Position numbers and translations under genes: made by a program. DNA of 64,000 nucleotides from an uncultured Planctomycetia bacterium. GTDB lineage: Bacteria > Omnitrophota > Gorgyraeia > Tantalellales > Tantalellaceae. How positions within the stretch are numbered: the stretch's first letter is position 1; each line of letters starts with the position of its first letter. Shown here piece by piece: positions 25,941 through 35,839 of this stretch. The DNA lies in contig CAZNEE010000003.1 in NCBI GenBank assembly GCA_964572255.1, positions 25,258 through 89,257 of the forward strand, in the 5' to 3' direction. The notes under the pieces were generated by a model. That model worked only from the letters and a program-made list of their open reading frames with translations. It did not search any database and was not told the origin of the DNA.

Positions 25941-26819
25941 ATGAAAAAATTAGGTATTTTATTATTAGCAGCGTTAATCACTTTTTTCTTCACCGCTACT
26001 TCTTATGCAGGACCATGGACTCTCAATAAGGGAAAACTATGGACAGAAGTATTCACGAGATACTATTTCGCTAAGGAAAAATTCGACTCAGAAGGGAACA
26101 GAAGCCGCTGGCCTAACGACGGACATTCCAGGATATATGACCTTGAAGGTAAGGCTGAATATGGTTTAACAGACAGGCTTAACCTGCAGCTCGGCGTTCC
26201 TTATGCCTGGTCCCGTTGGAGCAATGATTACGGCAAACTCAAACATGAAGGATTTAAAAGGATAAATATCGGCGCCAAATATAAATTCATGGACAATCCT
26301 GTCTGCGCGGCGATCCAGGCCAAGGCTATGATCCATCCCGGTGATGTCGATAAGGTTAAACAACCCGACCTTTTTGAATACGGCAGCGCTCTTGAAGCCC
26401 GTCTTATGGTCGGTAAATCCTTCAGCGTTTTCAAAAGACCCAGCTATTTCTCCACAGAAGTCGGTTATGAGTTAAAATCAAACTGGATAAACGAAGCCGA
26501 ATATGGAAATAAGGTCCCGATCTTCGCCGAACTCGGTTTCTCCCCTTTTGACTGGCTTATGCTTAAGGGCGAAATTGATATTTCAATAACACATCGCGGT
26601 ACAGGTAAGATCAAAGACACTTATACATGGCGCGCCGGCCCGATCATAAATTTAATGGGCAAAGGATTCAGCAGTATTGAAAAAGGCGGCGATTCCAGTT
26701 TGAACGTGGAATTTTTATATGGCCGTACTTTTTACGGGCAGGGAGATGAATCTTACGCGAAGTATCGCGACGTAAGCGCCGCTGATGAATACATAGCAAA
26801 AGTTCAAGTACTTTGGTAA
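25941..26819 (+). CDS. Outer-membrane beta-barrel protein, hypothetical (MetA/phenol-degradation-like transporter fold suspected)
   Basis: Signal peptide MKKLGILLLAALITFFFTATSYA, alternating aromatic/hydrophobic strands and a C-terminal W. Confidence 0.45.
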   Translation: MKKLGILLLAALITFFFTATSYAGPWTLNKGKLWTEVFTRYYFAKEKFDSEGNRSRWPNDGHSRIYDLEGKAEYGLTDRLNLQLGVPYAWSRWSNDYGKLKHEGFKRINIGAKYKFMDNPVCAAIQAKAMIHPGDVDKVKQPDLFEYGSALEARLMVGKSFSVFKRPSYFSTEVGYELKSNWINEAEYGNKVPIFAELGFSPFDWLMLKGEIDISITHRGTGKIKDTYTWRAGPIINLMGKGFSSIEKGGDSSLNVEFLYGRTFYGQGDESYAKYRDVSAADEYIAKVQVLW

Positions 26820-26842
26820 TTTTGCAAATTTTATATCACATA

Positions 26843-26878
26843 AAAAAAAGAGGCTGTTTAGAACAGCCTCTTTTTTTA
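26843..26878. terminator. Bidirectional rho-independent terminator between convergent genes
   Basis: AAAAAAAAGAGGCTGTTTAGAACAGCCTCTTTTTTTAT: a perfect 8-bp stem flanked by an A-run and a T-run. Confidence 0.8.
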
Positions 26879-26904
26879 TCCAAATATCATTTTTGAAAAA
26901 GGGA

Positions 26905-28143
26905 TTACTTTCGTGCCTTATCGATCTCTTTCTGCATCTCGATCGTAGCTTTCTTGAGTTCAGTTTCAGCGTCCGCTTTCTTCAAGATCACCATCTGAAC
27001 AGCATGATTGACAAATCTTGTCGCCGCATCCCATCCCAAGACCGGAGGAGGCCCTTTTGAATCCATAGCTTGTAATTCTAAAACACGCTTGAATTCATAA
27101 TCCATCGGCAGGTCCTTCCACGTATCCATATTCGGAGGAAGATAAGCGTCCTCTTTTTCAAGAGAAGATTCGTATATCTTTATCTGATTTTCGGGTTTGA
27201 ACAGGAATTTTATAAATTCCCAGGCTTCCTGTTTCTTGGATGATCTTGAAAATATGCCCATTATCCTGCCGCCTATAAAAGCGGTATGTTTGCCTGAGGG
27301 GCCTTTGGGAAGGGTCGCGATCGCCCACTTGCCCTCTATTTCAGGCGCTCCCACGGAAAGGCTGATGATCTTCCAGTTCCCTGACATCGCCATGGGATAA
27401 TCGCCCGTTCTCATGCCCTGTTCTATCGGCACCGCAGTTTTAGGTACGCCTTCAGAATACAAGGTCGCAAGAAAATTCAGAGCTTCAGCGGCTTGAGGGG
27501 TATCTAAAGTGACTTTGGAATAATCGGCGTTAAAATAATCTCCTCCGGCCTGCCAAAGAAAAGGCGAATACCCTATCCAGTCAAGTGATCCCCAGTCTAT
27601 GATCATACCTTTATTTCGCGCTTTCAGATCACGCAGGACTTTTAAGAGTTCATTCCAGGTTCTGGGAGGGTCCGGGATTATATCGCTGCGATAATAAATA
27701 ATATGTTCAGTTAGATCAAAGGGTATACCATAGACTTTATCTTTCAATTTGGCAGATCTTAGAATGCCGGGGAAAATTTTTGCTTCAAGTGCGGCAACAT
27801 CTTCAGGGAATTCTGTACCAAGCTCTACCATGGCACCAAGTTCGCCGAATTCCATCCCCCACGTTAAACCCATCGTACCGATATCAGGCGTTACATCGCC
27901 TGCTATCGACGTAAGATATTTACTGTGAGCGTCTCCCCAGGAAATAGCCTGACACACGACTTTTACGCCGGTTGCTTGGGTGAACTCCTCTGAGATCCTC
28001 ATTATGGTCTTTGCCTGCGCTTCGGACCCGACCAGCCACATTATGAGTTCATTTTTTCCTGCCCCAACGCCGCCGCATCCTGAAACACCGAGCGCATAAA
28101 CTGCAACAAGCGCTAAAGCTAACGCCCTCTTGAAAACTTTCAT
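26905..28143 (-). CDS. ABC transporter extracellular solute-binding protein (family 1, carbohydrate)
   Basis: Lipoprotein signal peptide (LGVSGCGG) and the SBP_bac_1 pattern. Confidence 0.75.
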   Translation of the reverse strand: MKVFKRALALALVAVYALGVSGCGGVGAGKNELIMWLVGSEAQAKTIMRISEEFTQATGVKVVCQAISWGDAHSKYLTSIAGDVTPDIGTMGLTWGMEFGELGAMVELGTEFPEDVAALEAKIFPGILRSAKLKDKVYGIPFDLTEHIIYYRSDIIPDPPRTWNELLKVLRDLKARNKGMIIDWGSLDWIGYSPFLWQAGGDYFNADYSKVTLDTPQAAEALNFLATLYSEGVPKTAVPIEQGMRTGDYPMAMSGNWKIISLSVGAPEIEGKWAIATLPKGPSGKHTAFIGGRIMGIFSRSSKKQEAWEFIKFLFKPENQIKIYESSLEKEDAYLPPNMDTWKDLPMDYEFKRVLELQAMDSKGPPPVLGWDAATRFVNHAVQMVILKKADAETELKKATIEMQKEIDKARK

Positions 28144-28187
28144 AAATCTCTTTCCCGCTTATTATCGCAGCTGAACTGCCGCCAAAT

Positions 28188-29447
28188 TTACATATTGATA
28201 AACATATCCTGAGCAATAACCGCCGCTGCTCCTATAGCTACAGCATCTTCACCCAGACTGGTTGGAAGTATTTTTGAAACTTTTACCGATTCTTCATATC
28301 CCCATCTGCGGACTGTTTTTCTTACCGATGAGAGAAAAATATCGCCTGCCTTTTCAATGCCTCTTCCGATAACCACGATCTCCGGATTGAAGAGATTGAT
28401 AAGAAAAGCTATTTTTGTCCCAAGATATTCCCCCGCTGAATCAAGAGTATTCTTTGAGACTTCATCTCCTTTTTCGGCCGCATCGACTATCATTTCAAAA
28501 TTTATCTTTTGAGGATCTCCCCCCGCGGCATCCTTCGCGGCTGATGTTTCATCAGGATGTTCGGAAATGTACCTCTTTACCCTGTCAATTATACCGAGAT
28601 CCAATCCCCTGGAACGCAAGCAGCACCCATAATCATAAGTCGCCCAGCAGGTTTCGGGGTTTGCTTCTTCCCCCGGACGAGGCGGATTAATGTTAAGCTC
28701 TCCCGCGCTCTTGCTTGCGCCGTTATAAAGCTCTCCCTTTATGATAAGACCGCAGCTCGAATCAGAACACATGAAAACCATGTTCTCAGCAGCGCTTGAC
28801 GCGCCTATACCGGACCATTTTTCCCCGAACGCCGCCAACGCCGCATCATGCTCTATGGCAACAGGCATACCGAACTCGTCTTCAAGCTGGTTTAAAAGGT
28901 TTGTGTAACTTATTATCTGCTCTTCCTCGATCGCATATCTGACCATCCCGCGGTATCTATCCAACACGCCCCAAATACCTACACCGATACCTTTTATAGA
29001 CGCATGCGGGATGCCTGAACTGGCGATAAGCTTCTCCGTCATCTCAACAACTCTCTCCGATAACTTTTCAAAAGATTCCTTTTGCTTCAGGAATTTTTCT
29101 TTTGCTACAACCTTGCCGTTGATATCCAATATCACGCCTATAACAGACGCTCCTATCGTCAGATGCGGAGCTCCCAGATCTATGCCTATGGTATAAGCAT
29201 ATTCGCGATTTAGCATCAATAGCTCCGGCCTTCTTCCTCCTGAGGAAATATCCAATCCCGTCTCCAGGACTAGTTTATCTTTCACATATTTAGTGACATA
29301 GTTAGAAACCGTAACTATATTTAGATCTGTTAATTTTGATATCTCGGCGCGGGATATTTCATTGTTCCTGCGTATCGAATCAAGTATGCTGAGATTTCTC
29401 CGCTGCTTCTCAGATAATCTATTTTCTTTAAAAATAAGTTCTTTCAT
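28188..29447 (-). CDS. ROK family transcriptional regulator (NagC/XylR-like)
   Basis: N-terminal winged HTH (ISRAEISKLTDLNIVTVSNYV) plus a ROK sugar-kinase-like domain with a Zn-binding HxxxxCxCGxxGC-type cysteine cluster (HASIKGIGVG ... CSDSSCGL). Confidence 0.75.
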   Translation of the reverse strand: MKELIFKENRLSEKQRRNLSILDSIRRNNEISRAEISKLTDLNIVTVSNYVTKYVKDKLVLETGLDISSGGRRPELLMLNREYAYTIGIDLGAPHLTIGASVIGVILDINGKVVAKEKFLKQKESFEKLSERVVEMTEKLIASSGIPHASIKGIGVGIWGVLDRYRGMVRYAIEEEQIISYTNLLNQLEDEFGMPVAIEHDAALAAFGEKWSGIGASSAAENMVFMCSDSSCGLIIKGELYNGASKSAGELNINPPRPGEEANPETCWATYDYGCCLRSRGLDLGIIDRVKRYISEHPDETSAAKDAAGGDPQKINFEMIVDAAEKGDEVSKNTLDSAGEYLGTKIAFLINLFNPEIVVIGRGIEKAGDIFLSSVRKTVRRWGYEESVKVSKILPTSLGEDAVAIGAAAVIAQDMFINM

Positions 29448-29480
29448 TTCGGCACTCCTTCTATCCGGGTATGTGCTGCT

Positions 29481-30569
29481 TCAGCGCTTTGCGCTTTTGG
29501 AATACCATTCCTTAATAACCTGCTCTGCAGGTTTATTCTGCGGAGTAAAACCTCGATTATGTTTACCGCCCATATTAACATTTGTTCCCCAGTACCACCA
29601 ATAGAGGCCGTAAAACCATTCCTTTTCCCAGAAAGTCTCTACAAGCGCTTTGTAAAAATCTTTCTGAAGCCTGAGATTAACTTCTTTTCTCGGGGCATGT
29701 TCCCAGGGCCTTATTGCGGCTCCGTCCGCCGAATTACATCCGGCTTCCGGAAATATGATAGGCTTGCCTACTTCTATCTGAAAGGCCTCTATTTCATCAA
29801 GCCATTTATCCCAGGCCTCCTTCAATTCCATGTACGATGGGTCCATCTCCTGCGTCAAAGGAAAATACGCGTTGACCCCCACATAGTCTAAAAGATCCCA
29901 AAAGCGTATATCAAGATACCTGTCCCAATGAGCCGCATAAGTAAGAAGTCCCGGGTATTTTGATCTTACCTTCTTTATAAGACCCCTCCAAAGATATCCT
30001 TTAGAGGTCGCTGTTGTTGAAAGTTCTGTACCTATACAGATCATCTCAACTCTTTCTTTTTTTGCTATGTTTACGTAATACATAATATATTCTTCATACT
30101 GACGGAACCAATCTTCCCAACCGGCTTCTTTCAGGCAACCTATCTCACCCCTCCAGCTGCCGTCGGAAGTATCCAAAAGATCAAGATGGGGCTTAAGCAT
30201 GACTTTAAGGCCCAATTCGTGCGCTTTACGAATAGCGTGAATAATGGATTCATCCGAAGGAGTTCTATTGGTTCTGTGTATATCGTTCGACCAGCAGTTG
30301 GTCTGATACCACGTCACGAGAATACTCACCCAATCCGCACCCAACTCTTTCACCTGCGCCAATGATTCATCTGACTCTGGATTGATATACCCCTCCATTG
30401 ACCACGTTACATAGCCTATGCCCTTTTGAAACTCAATTTCGTATCTTGGCTGCATGAAATACTTAGCTCCGAATATCGCGGCAGCAGCAACAAGGGCAAT
30501 AACAATAATTATGCCGATGAACCTTCCGGGACCTTTTCCAGCACTTTTTGACGATTTACTCTTTGCCAT
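29481..30569 (-). CDS. Clan GH-A TIM-barrel glycoside hydrolase (GH5/GH113/GH26-like, possible beta-mannanase), membrane-anchored
   Basis: N-terminal TM anchor, candidate acid/base ICIGTELS and candidate nucleophile IIFPEAGC on beta-strands. It is paralogous to the catalytic domain at 32166-33827. Confidence 0.55.
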   Translation of the reverse strand: MAKSKSSKSAGKGPGRFIGIIIVIALVAAAAIFGAKYFMQPRYEIEFQKGIGYVTWSMEGYINPESDESLAQVKELGADWVSILVTWYQTNCWSNDIHRTNRTPSDESIIHAIRKAHELGLKVMLKPHLDLLDTSDGSWRGEIGCLKEAGWEDWFRQYEEYIMYYVNIAKKERVEMICIGTELSTTATSKGYLWRGLIKKVRSKYPGLLTYAAHWDRYLDIRFWDLLDYVGVNAYFPLTQEMDPSYMELKEAWDKWLDEIEAFQIEVGKPIIFPEAGCNSADGAAIRPWEHAPRKEVNLRLQKDFYKALVETFWEKEWFYGLYWWYWGTNVNMGGKHNRGFTPQNKPAEQVIKEWYSKSAKR

Positions 30570-30619
30570 TTTTCTCTCCCTTTCTTTTTAAATTATAAAA
30601 GGTTTAATAAACAATGATT

Positions 30620-30697
30620 TATCAGACGATTTTAAACGCAGATACCCAAATATCAGACGCATATTTACCTTGCGAAAGATTAGTGAATATCTGCGTT
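30620..30697. promoter_or_regulatory. Candidate operator region upstream of GH gene (inverted and direct repeats)
   Basis: Inverted repeat AACGCAGATA (30635-30644) / TATCTGCGTT (30688-30697), plus direct repeat TATCAGACG at 30620 and 30651. The region is 5' of the 29481-30569 gene in a locus encoding a ROK regulator. Confidence 0.3.
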
Positions 30698-30714
30698 AAC
30701 TGTTATTCTTAAAT

Positions 30715-31476
30715 TTACCTACCAACCCTCACATTGTCAATATAAATGGGGCCGGTATATTTAGGTTTTCTGTTAGACTCTACTCTTATTGCTATTTTTC
30801 TTACATCTTCGGCAAACTTTGCATCCGGTACGACTCTTTTCCAGTCGTAACTGCCCGGTTCTATAACACCTGTAACAGTAACCCATTCTCCCGGAACAAG
30901 AGGCACGCTGCGGCTCATCTCAACGAACTTCCAGTTATCGCCGACGGTAAGTATTATCTTAGCCTTAAGCCCGACAGGGGCATCTTCCGGGATGTACATG
31001 TCAAGGCTGATAACGCGATAAGAGCTGAGATCAAGATACTGCTGTATTTCCACCAAAGAAGCAGTCCAAGTGCCGCCCGGAAAATCTGACATTACCTTCA
31101 ACGAAGCGCTGCCTTTAGAAGCGACATCCTTGGATACCATGATATCCTGGGCGACATAATCGGTTTTTCCTTCTGTCCAAGTGGGTATCTCCCAGCCGGA
31201 GAGGTTTCTTTCAAAATCATAATAGGTTCTTTCTTCTGTAATAGGCTCATCGGAAGGAGTTGGAACTGCTTCTTCCATGACTTCAGCAGCTTCTTTAACG
31301 ACAGGAGTAAAGGCCCTTTTCCCTTCTTCGGGTTTTCCGCACCCATAAAGACCAAGCATAATAACACAAAACCCAACCACGAGCAGCCCAAGAGTACTTG
31401 TACGGAGATACCTCATCATTCTTCCTTTCATTTTAGGCAGAAGGTAATAGGTAAAAGGTTGCAAGACTCTGAACAA
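30715..31476 (-). CDS. Secreted lipoprotein with CBM-like beta-sandwich domain (paralog 1)
   Basis: Probable real start MMRYLRT ... LYGCGK (lipobox) near 31419. The C-terminal 170 aa are highly similar to the product of 31535-32125 (GWEIP.W ... MYIPEDAP.GLKAKIILTVGD.WK.VEMSRS ... IRVESN..P.YTGPIYIDN.RV). Confidence 0.55.
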   Translation of the reverse strand: MFRVLQPFTYYLLPKMKGRMMRYLRTSTLGLLVVGFCVIMLGLYGCGKPEEGKRAFTPVVKEAAEVMEEAVPTPSDEPITEERTYYDFERNLSGWEIPTWTEGKTDYVAQDIMVSKDVASKGSASLKVMSDFPGGTWTASLVEIQQYLDLSSYRVISLDMYIPEDAPVGLKAKIILTVGDNWKFVEMSRSVPLVPGEWVTVTGVIEPGSYDWKRVVPDAKFAEDVRKIAIRVESNRKPKYTGPIYIDNVRVGR

Positions 31477-31534
31477 CTCGAGCCCGCTTCCCTTTACCTA
31501 TTATATTGCCCCTCAACCAAATATTTTAAATCGA

Positions 31535-32125
31535 TTATTCTATGACTCTTATATTATCGATATAGATCGGTCCGGTGTATGCAGGACGATTGTTCGATTC
31601 TACTCTGATGTCGATCTTTCTTACATCCTGTCTGAAAGCGTCATCAACCTGCACCCTTCTCCAATCGATACTTCCTTCTTTTAGATCGGCTTCTACTGTT
31701 ACCCACTGGCCGGGCTTTAAAGCATAGGATCTGCTCATCTCTACCCATTTCCAGGAATCTCCAACAGTCAATATGATCTTCGCTTTAAGACCAAGCGGTG
31801 CATCTTCAGGTATGTACATATCGCATGCCAATCCGCTGAAATCTGTCCAATCAAAATACTGCATTATCTCGATAATGGCACCGGTCCATCTGCCGCCCGG
31901 AAAATCGACCATGATCTCAAGGCTGCTTTCACCCTGGCTCGCAAAATTATTGGAAACATTGATCTCTTGCTGCACGTGATCCGGTTTTTCATAAGCCCAA
32001 TCCGGGATTTCCCATCCCTGTAAACCGTCCTCAAAATCAAAAAGAACAGTTTGCTGTGCAAAACCAAGAGCCGCTCCGCTGAAAACCAAAAGCGCAGCTG
32101 AAATCGCTAATAGTACTTTCTTCAT
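31535..32125 (-). CDS. Secreted CBM-like beta-sandwich domain protein (paralog 2)
   Basis: Signal peptide, then a domain about 55% identical to the C-terminal domain of 30715-31476. The pattern resembles non-catalytic carbohydrate-binding modules of glycanases. Confidence 0.55.
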   Translation of the reverse strand: MKKVLLAISAALLVFSGAALGFAQQTVLFDFEDGLQGWEIPDWAYEKPDHVQQEINVSNNFASQGESSLEIMVDFPGGRWTGAIIEIMQYFDWTDFSGLACDMYIPEDAPLGLKAKIILTVGDSWKWVEMSRSYALKPGQWVTVEADLKEGSIDWRRVQVDDAFRQDVRKIDIRVESNNRPAYTGPIYIDNIRVIE

Positions 32126-32165
32126 CTTAACTCCTCCTCTTTTTTAGTTTAAAACCTTATTTATA

Positions 32166-33827
32166 TTATAACTTTTTTAGCCAATTTTTTACAACATTTT
32201 CTGCTTTTTTATCATTAAGCGTAAATCCTAAAGGACTCCAGCGTTTTTGAGGGAAATATTGCCATATATAGTAGCCTTTGAACCAGGGACGCTTCGAAAG
32301 CACCTGAAAAAGAGCCTCAAAACAGTCTGCCTGCTCCTGCTGATCTTCTATCCTGCTTATAGCGACCCAAGGCTGACGATTAGTGCCATCAGTTGAGGTA
32401 TATCCTATCTCGGTCAAAAGAATACCTTTTTCCGTTAAACCCTTCTCATTTAGCCAGGCCTCTATCTCGTCAGCCTGAGCGTTCCATGCCGCTATAAGAT
32501 CTTCCAGGGTAGGATCATCTTCACCGGTTAACGGGAAATATGCGTCTATACCGATGAAGTCCATTTTATCCCAAAACGGCACTTCTTTATATTCCGTCCA
32601 GTTAGCCGAATAAGTGAGTACGCCGTCATACACTTCCTTGGTCTTATCTATTACTCTATTCCATCTTTCCGCCCACGCGGAAAAGGTTGTCGCTTCGAGC
32701 TCTGTTCCTATGGAAAACATCTCTACATTATTCTCCTGGGAAAATACAGCATACCTTAAAATAAACTCCTCATAAGAATCGAACCATGCTTCTGACGGCA
32801 TTATGTTTATGCGCGCTTCATCTGTTCTTGGGTCAACATGAGGTTTTATCATGACTCTAAGGCCTATCTTATGACATGTTTCAACAGCATGCTTCAGGGA
32901 TTCCATTGTAGGGGTATCTCCGCCCGGTTCATCGTTTGTAAATATCACTTCGGAATCAAGATCATCCTGATATGCGGGAACCATGATAGCTACCGTATCA
33001 AACCCTATTTCTTTAATTCCAGCAAGAGTCAGGTCGGATGCCACTGAATCTAATTCATCTGCCATCCATGATGTATAAACTATGCCATGCTGGAATACTT
33101 TATCTTTAATCGGAATGGGCGCTTGAGCAAGACTATCAAGAATTTTTTTCACTTTTTCTTTCTCTTCCTCCTCCTCACCTTTACCTAAATATGCTGCTTT
33201 TGTAGCTATTGCATGAGGATTCTGACTGGAAGGACCGTATATTTCTACCTCCCATATAGATATTCCCCAATTATCCTCAACTCTCTCAAGGCCGAGTATT
33301 TTTATGTATCTGCATTTAACCGGCGTGAAATCAGCTTCCATTCCTCCGCCTTGCCCGTTTTTTTCATGATACACTTCTTTCCATGTCTGGGCATCATTTG
33401 AAACCAGTATCTTATAATCTGTCGCATACGCTCTTTCCCATCTGATGATAATATTGGAAACCGCGCTTTCTTCTCCAAGATCAAAGTATATCCATTGCTC
33501 ACCGGCTTCATAACTGCTCGACCAACGTGTAAGCATGTCGCCGTCAACCGGTGCCATCGGGTTAGGTTCGGGAGCCCAATCGGGAGTTTCATCAAAACTT
33601 GAAGCTTCCGCGGCTACAACCTTAATATACGCAAGTTCATCTCCTTCAGCCACTTCAACTGTTTCTACTTCCTCGTCTATTTCAACTATGTCAACAGCAG
33701 CACCGGTTTTTTCAGCCGGCTTCCCGGCCTCTTTTTCGGCTTCCGGGGTTTTTGCCACGCCGCAACCCGCTATTAAGTTGACCGATAAAAATAAAATAAC
33801 CAATAATCCGAAAATTTTTCTCATCAT
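32166..33827 (-). CDS. Lipoprotein: F5/8 type C (discoidin) domain + clan GH-A glycoside hydrolase
   Basis: Lipobox LIAGC; a discoidin-like segment (DGDMLTRWSS ... YKILVSNDAQTWKEVYHEKNG ... WEVEIYGP); then a TIM barrel with IGTELE and LTEIGYTS motifs homologous to 29481-30569. Confidence 0.6.
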   Translation of the reverse strand: MMRKIFGLLVILFLSVNLIAGCGVAKTPEAEKEAGKPAEKTGAAVDIVEIDEEVETVEVAEGDELAYIKVVAAEASSFDETPDWAPEPNPMAPVDGDMLTRWSSSYEAGEQWIYFDLGEESAVSNIIIRWERAYATDYKILVSNDAQTWKEVYHEKNGQGGGMEADFTPVKCRYIKILGLERVEDNWGISIWEVEIYGPSSQNPHAIATKAAYLGKGEEEEEKEKVKKILDSLAQAPIPIKDKVFQHGIVYTSWMADELDSVASDLTLAGIKEIGFDTVAIMVPAYQDDLDSEVIFTNDEPGGDTPTMESLKHAVETCHKIGLRVMIKPHVDPRTDEARINIMPSEAWFDSYEEFILRYAVFSQENNVEMFSIGTELEATTFSAWAERWNRVIDKTKEVYDGVLTYSANWTEYKEVPFWDKMDFIGIDAYFPLTGEDDPTLEDLIAAWNAQADEIEAWLNEKGLTEKGILLTEIGYTSTDGTNRQPWVAISRIEDQQEQADCFEALFQVLSKRPWFKGYYIWQYFPQKRWSPLGFTLNDKKAENVVKNWLKKL

Positions 33828-33840
33828 ATCCTTTCTTTTT

Positions 33841-34713
33841 TTATCCTTTTAGTCCGATCATCGCTATACCTCTAATAAAATATTTCTGGAACACCAGATA
33901 CACAACAAGCATGGGAAGCGTAGCCACGACCGCTCCGGCCATGACCATACCAAAGTTCGCTCCGAACTGCCCCGTCAAGACCGCTAAGGCAAGCGGGATG
34001 GTCCTCATGCTGCTGGTATGAATAATTACTAAAGGCCAAACAAAGTTATTCCACTGCTGCAAAAACGTGAAGACAGCCAAAGTGGCAATAACGGGTTTTA
34101 TCAAGGGTAAAATAACATGCAAGTATATCCTGAACTCATTACATCCGTCTATTCTCGCAGCATCGATAAGATCATCCGGGATGCTATATATGTACTGCCG
34201 GTTGAGGAATATTCCGAACGCGCACCATGCCATCGCGGGGATAATAAGACCCTTATAAGTATTAAGCCATCCTAAATTCTTTACAATAACAAACCCCGGA
34301 ATTATATTTACCTGCCAGGGGATCATGAGTGACCCTAAAAATATAAAGAAAAGTTTATCCCTGCCCCAGAACTTATGTTTTGCGAACGCGTAACCCGCAA
34401 GTGAGGTCGCAAAAACATTAAAAATGGTAATAGATCCCGCGACAAAAACACTGTTAAACAGGACCCTGACCATGGGTACCATGCGGAAAAGATCCGTATA
34501 AGGTTCTATGGTAGGATCCTTAACGATGAAGCTCGGCGGATAAGACTGTATTTCCGAAAGAGGTTTAATTGATGTAACGAACATCCATACATAAGGAACA
34601 GCCATTGTAAGCGCCCCTATAATAAGGAAAGCGTATATGAAAGTCTTTATAATGGCCGGATCTTTTCTTATTCCTGCCCCGCGAGATAGATCTGTTTTTT
34701 CTGTTTCAAGCAT
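33841..34713 (-). CDS. Carbohydrate ABC transporter permease (MalG-like)
   Basis: Six TM helices and an EAA-like motif DAARIDGCNEFRIYLHVILPLIKP. Confidence 0.8.
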   Translation of the reverse strand: MLETEKTDLSRGAGIRKDPAIIKTFIYAFLIIGALTMAVPYVWMFVTSIKPLSEIQSYPPSFIVKDPTIEPYTDLFRMVPMVRVLFNSVFVAGSITIFNVFATSLAGYAFAKHKFWGRDKLFFIFLGSLMIPWQVNIIPGFVIVKNLGWLNTYKGLIIPAMAWCAFGIFLNRQYIYSIPDDLIDAARIDGCNEFRIYLHVILPLIKPVIATLAVFTFLQQWNNFVWPLVIIHTSSMRTIPLALAVLTGQFGANFGMVMAGAVVATLPMLVVYLVFQKYFIRGIAMIGLKG

Positions 34714-34726
34714 ATTCTTCCTATTA

Positions 34727-35638
34727 TTAGTAATCTACGGTCGTTCTCATCAAGCGCTTATTGATCATCGTAAGCATAAAAATGCAAAGGAAAATGATAT
34801 ACGCAAGAGCCGAAGCGTACCCCATCTGAAACTTCTGGAAGCCTTTGTCATAAAGATAAGCGACTATTGTAAGAGCGCTGTTAAGCACTCCGCCTATGCC
34901 GCCCTGCCCGCCTGTCATGATATATACCTGTTCAAATACCTGAAAACTGAATATAAAACTCATCATGGTAACAAATACGATCGTGGGCTTAAGAAGAGGA
35001 AGCGTCACCTTGAAAAACTTCGTCCAAAATCCCGCTCCGTCGATCTCCGCCACCTCATACATGACATGCGGTATGGTCTGAAGGCCCGCCAGAAAGAGTA
35101 TCATGTTATACCCTACACCGGCCCATATAGACATCATCATGATGGAAGGAAGCGTCCAGGCGGTGCTTGCCAGCCAATCAATAGGCTGGAACCCGAATTT
35201 CATTATAACATAATTTAAAAGACCATACTTTTCCCCCGCATAAAGCCATTTCCATATAACGGACACCGCTACGATCGCGGTAACGGTAGGCAGGAAAAAT
35301 ACGGACTTGAAAAAATTCTTTAATTTTATCTTCTGATCTATGGCGACAGCCAGAAGAAGTGATATGCATATGCCTATGGGAACAACTCCGATAACATAGA
35401 CTACCGTGTTCCTCATGGCCTTCCAGAAAAGAGGATCGTTGAACAGGATGCCGGTGTAATTTTTGAAGCCTACAAATTTCGGGGAATGGACGACATCGTA
35501 TTCGGTAAAAGACCAGAAAAAGGAGATAACTACAGGGGCTAATTGGAAGATGAAAAATAATAGAGCCGGCAATGCGATAAACAGGTATGAGACCTTCTGT
35601 TTGCTTAGCTCCTGCCAAAAAGACTCTGGTTTTTCCAT
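34727..35638 (-). CDS. Carbohydrate ABC transporter permease (MalF-like)
   Basis: Six TM helices and the motif EVAEIDGAGFWTKFFKVTLPLLKP. Confidence 0.8.
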   Translation of the reverse strand: MEKPESFWQELSKQKVSYLFIALPALLFFIFQLAPVVISFFWSFTEYDVVHSPKFVGFKNYTGILFNDPLFWKAMRNTVVYVIGVVPIGICISLLLAVAIDQKIKLKNFFKSVFFLPTVTAIVAVSVIWKWLYAGEKYGLLNYVIMKFGFQPIDWLASTAWTLPSIMMMSIWAGVGYNMILFLAGLQTIPHVMYEVAEIDGAGFWTKFFKVTLPLLKPTIVFVTMMSFIFSFQVFEQVYIMTGGQGGIGGVLNSALTIVAYLYDKGFQKFQMGYASALAYIIFLCIFMLTMINKRLMRTTVDY

Positions 35639-35753
35639 CCCACCTCGTTCGTTATATTTATAATATTAAGGAAAAGAACCTGAAAAAGGGTAGTCACATT
35701 TTACATAAATTTGACATTCCTGTCAAATAATTTACATTTGCTGAATTTTTATG

Positions 35754-35791
35754 TGGATCCTCCCTGTACGGAAACATACTGCACTCTTAAA
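35754..35791. repeat. Second copy of 38-bp conserved intergenic element
   Basis: TGGATCCTCCCTGTACGGAAACATACTGCACTCTTAAA matches 21190-21227 with 2 mismatches. It lies between the giant gene 1 stop and the ABC permease operon start. Confidence 0.55.
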
Positions 35792-35839
35792 TTCAAAATC
35801 AGCAAGATAAGTTGTGTTATTTACAGCTATGAGCAGCGA

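Noticed and set aside
31507-31520. 14-nt repeat CCCCTCAACCAAAT also present at 55826-55839
   Set aside because: About 8 exact 14-mer coincidences are expected by chance in a 64-kb window on two strands. There is no supporting structure or positional logic.
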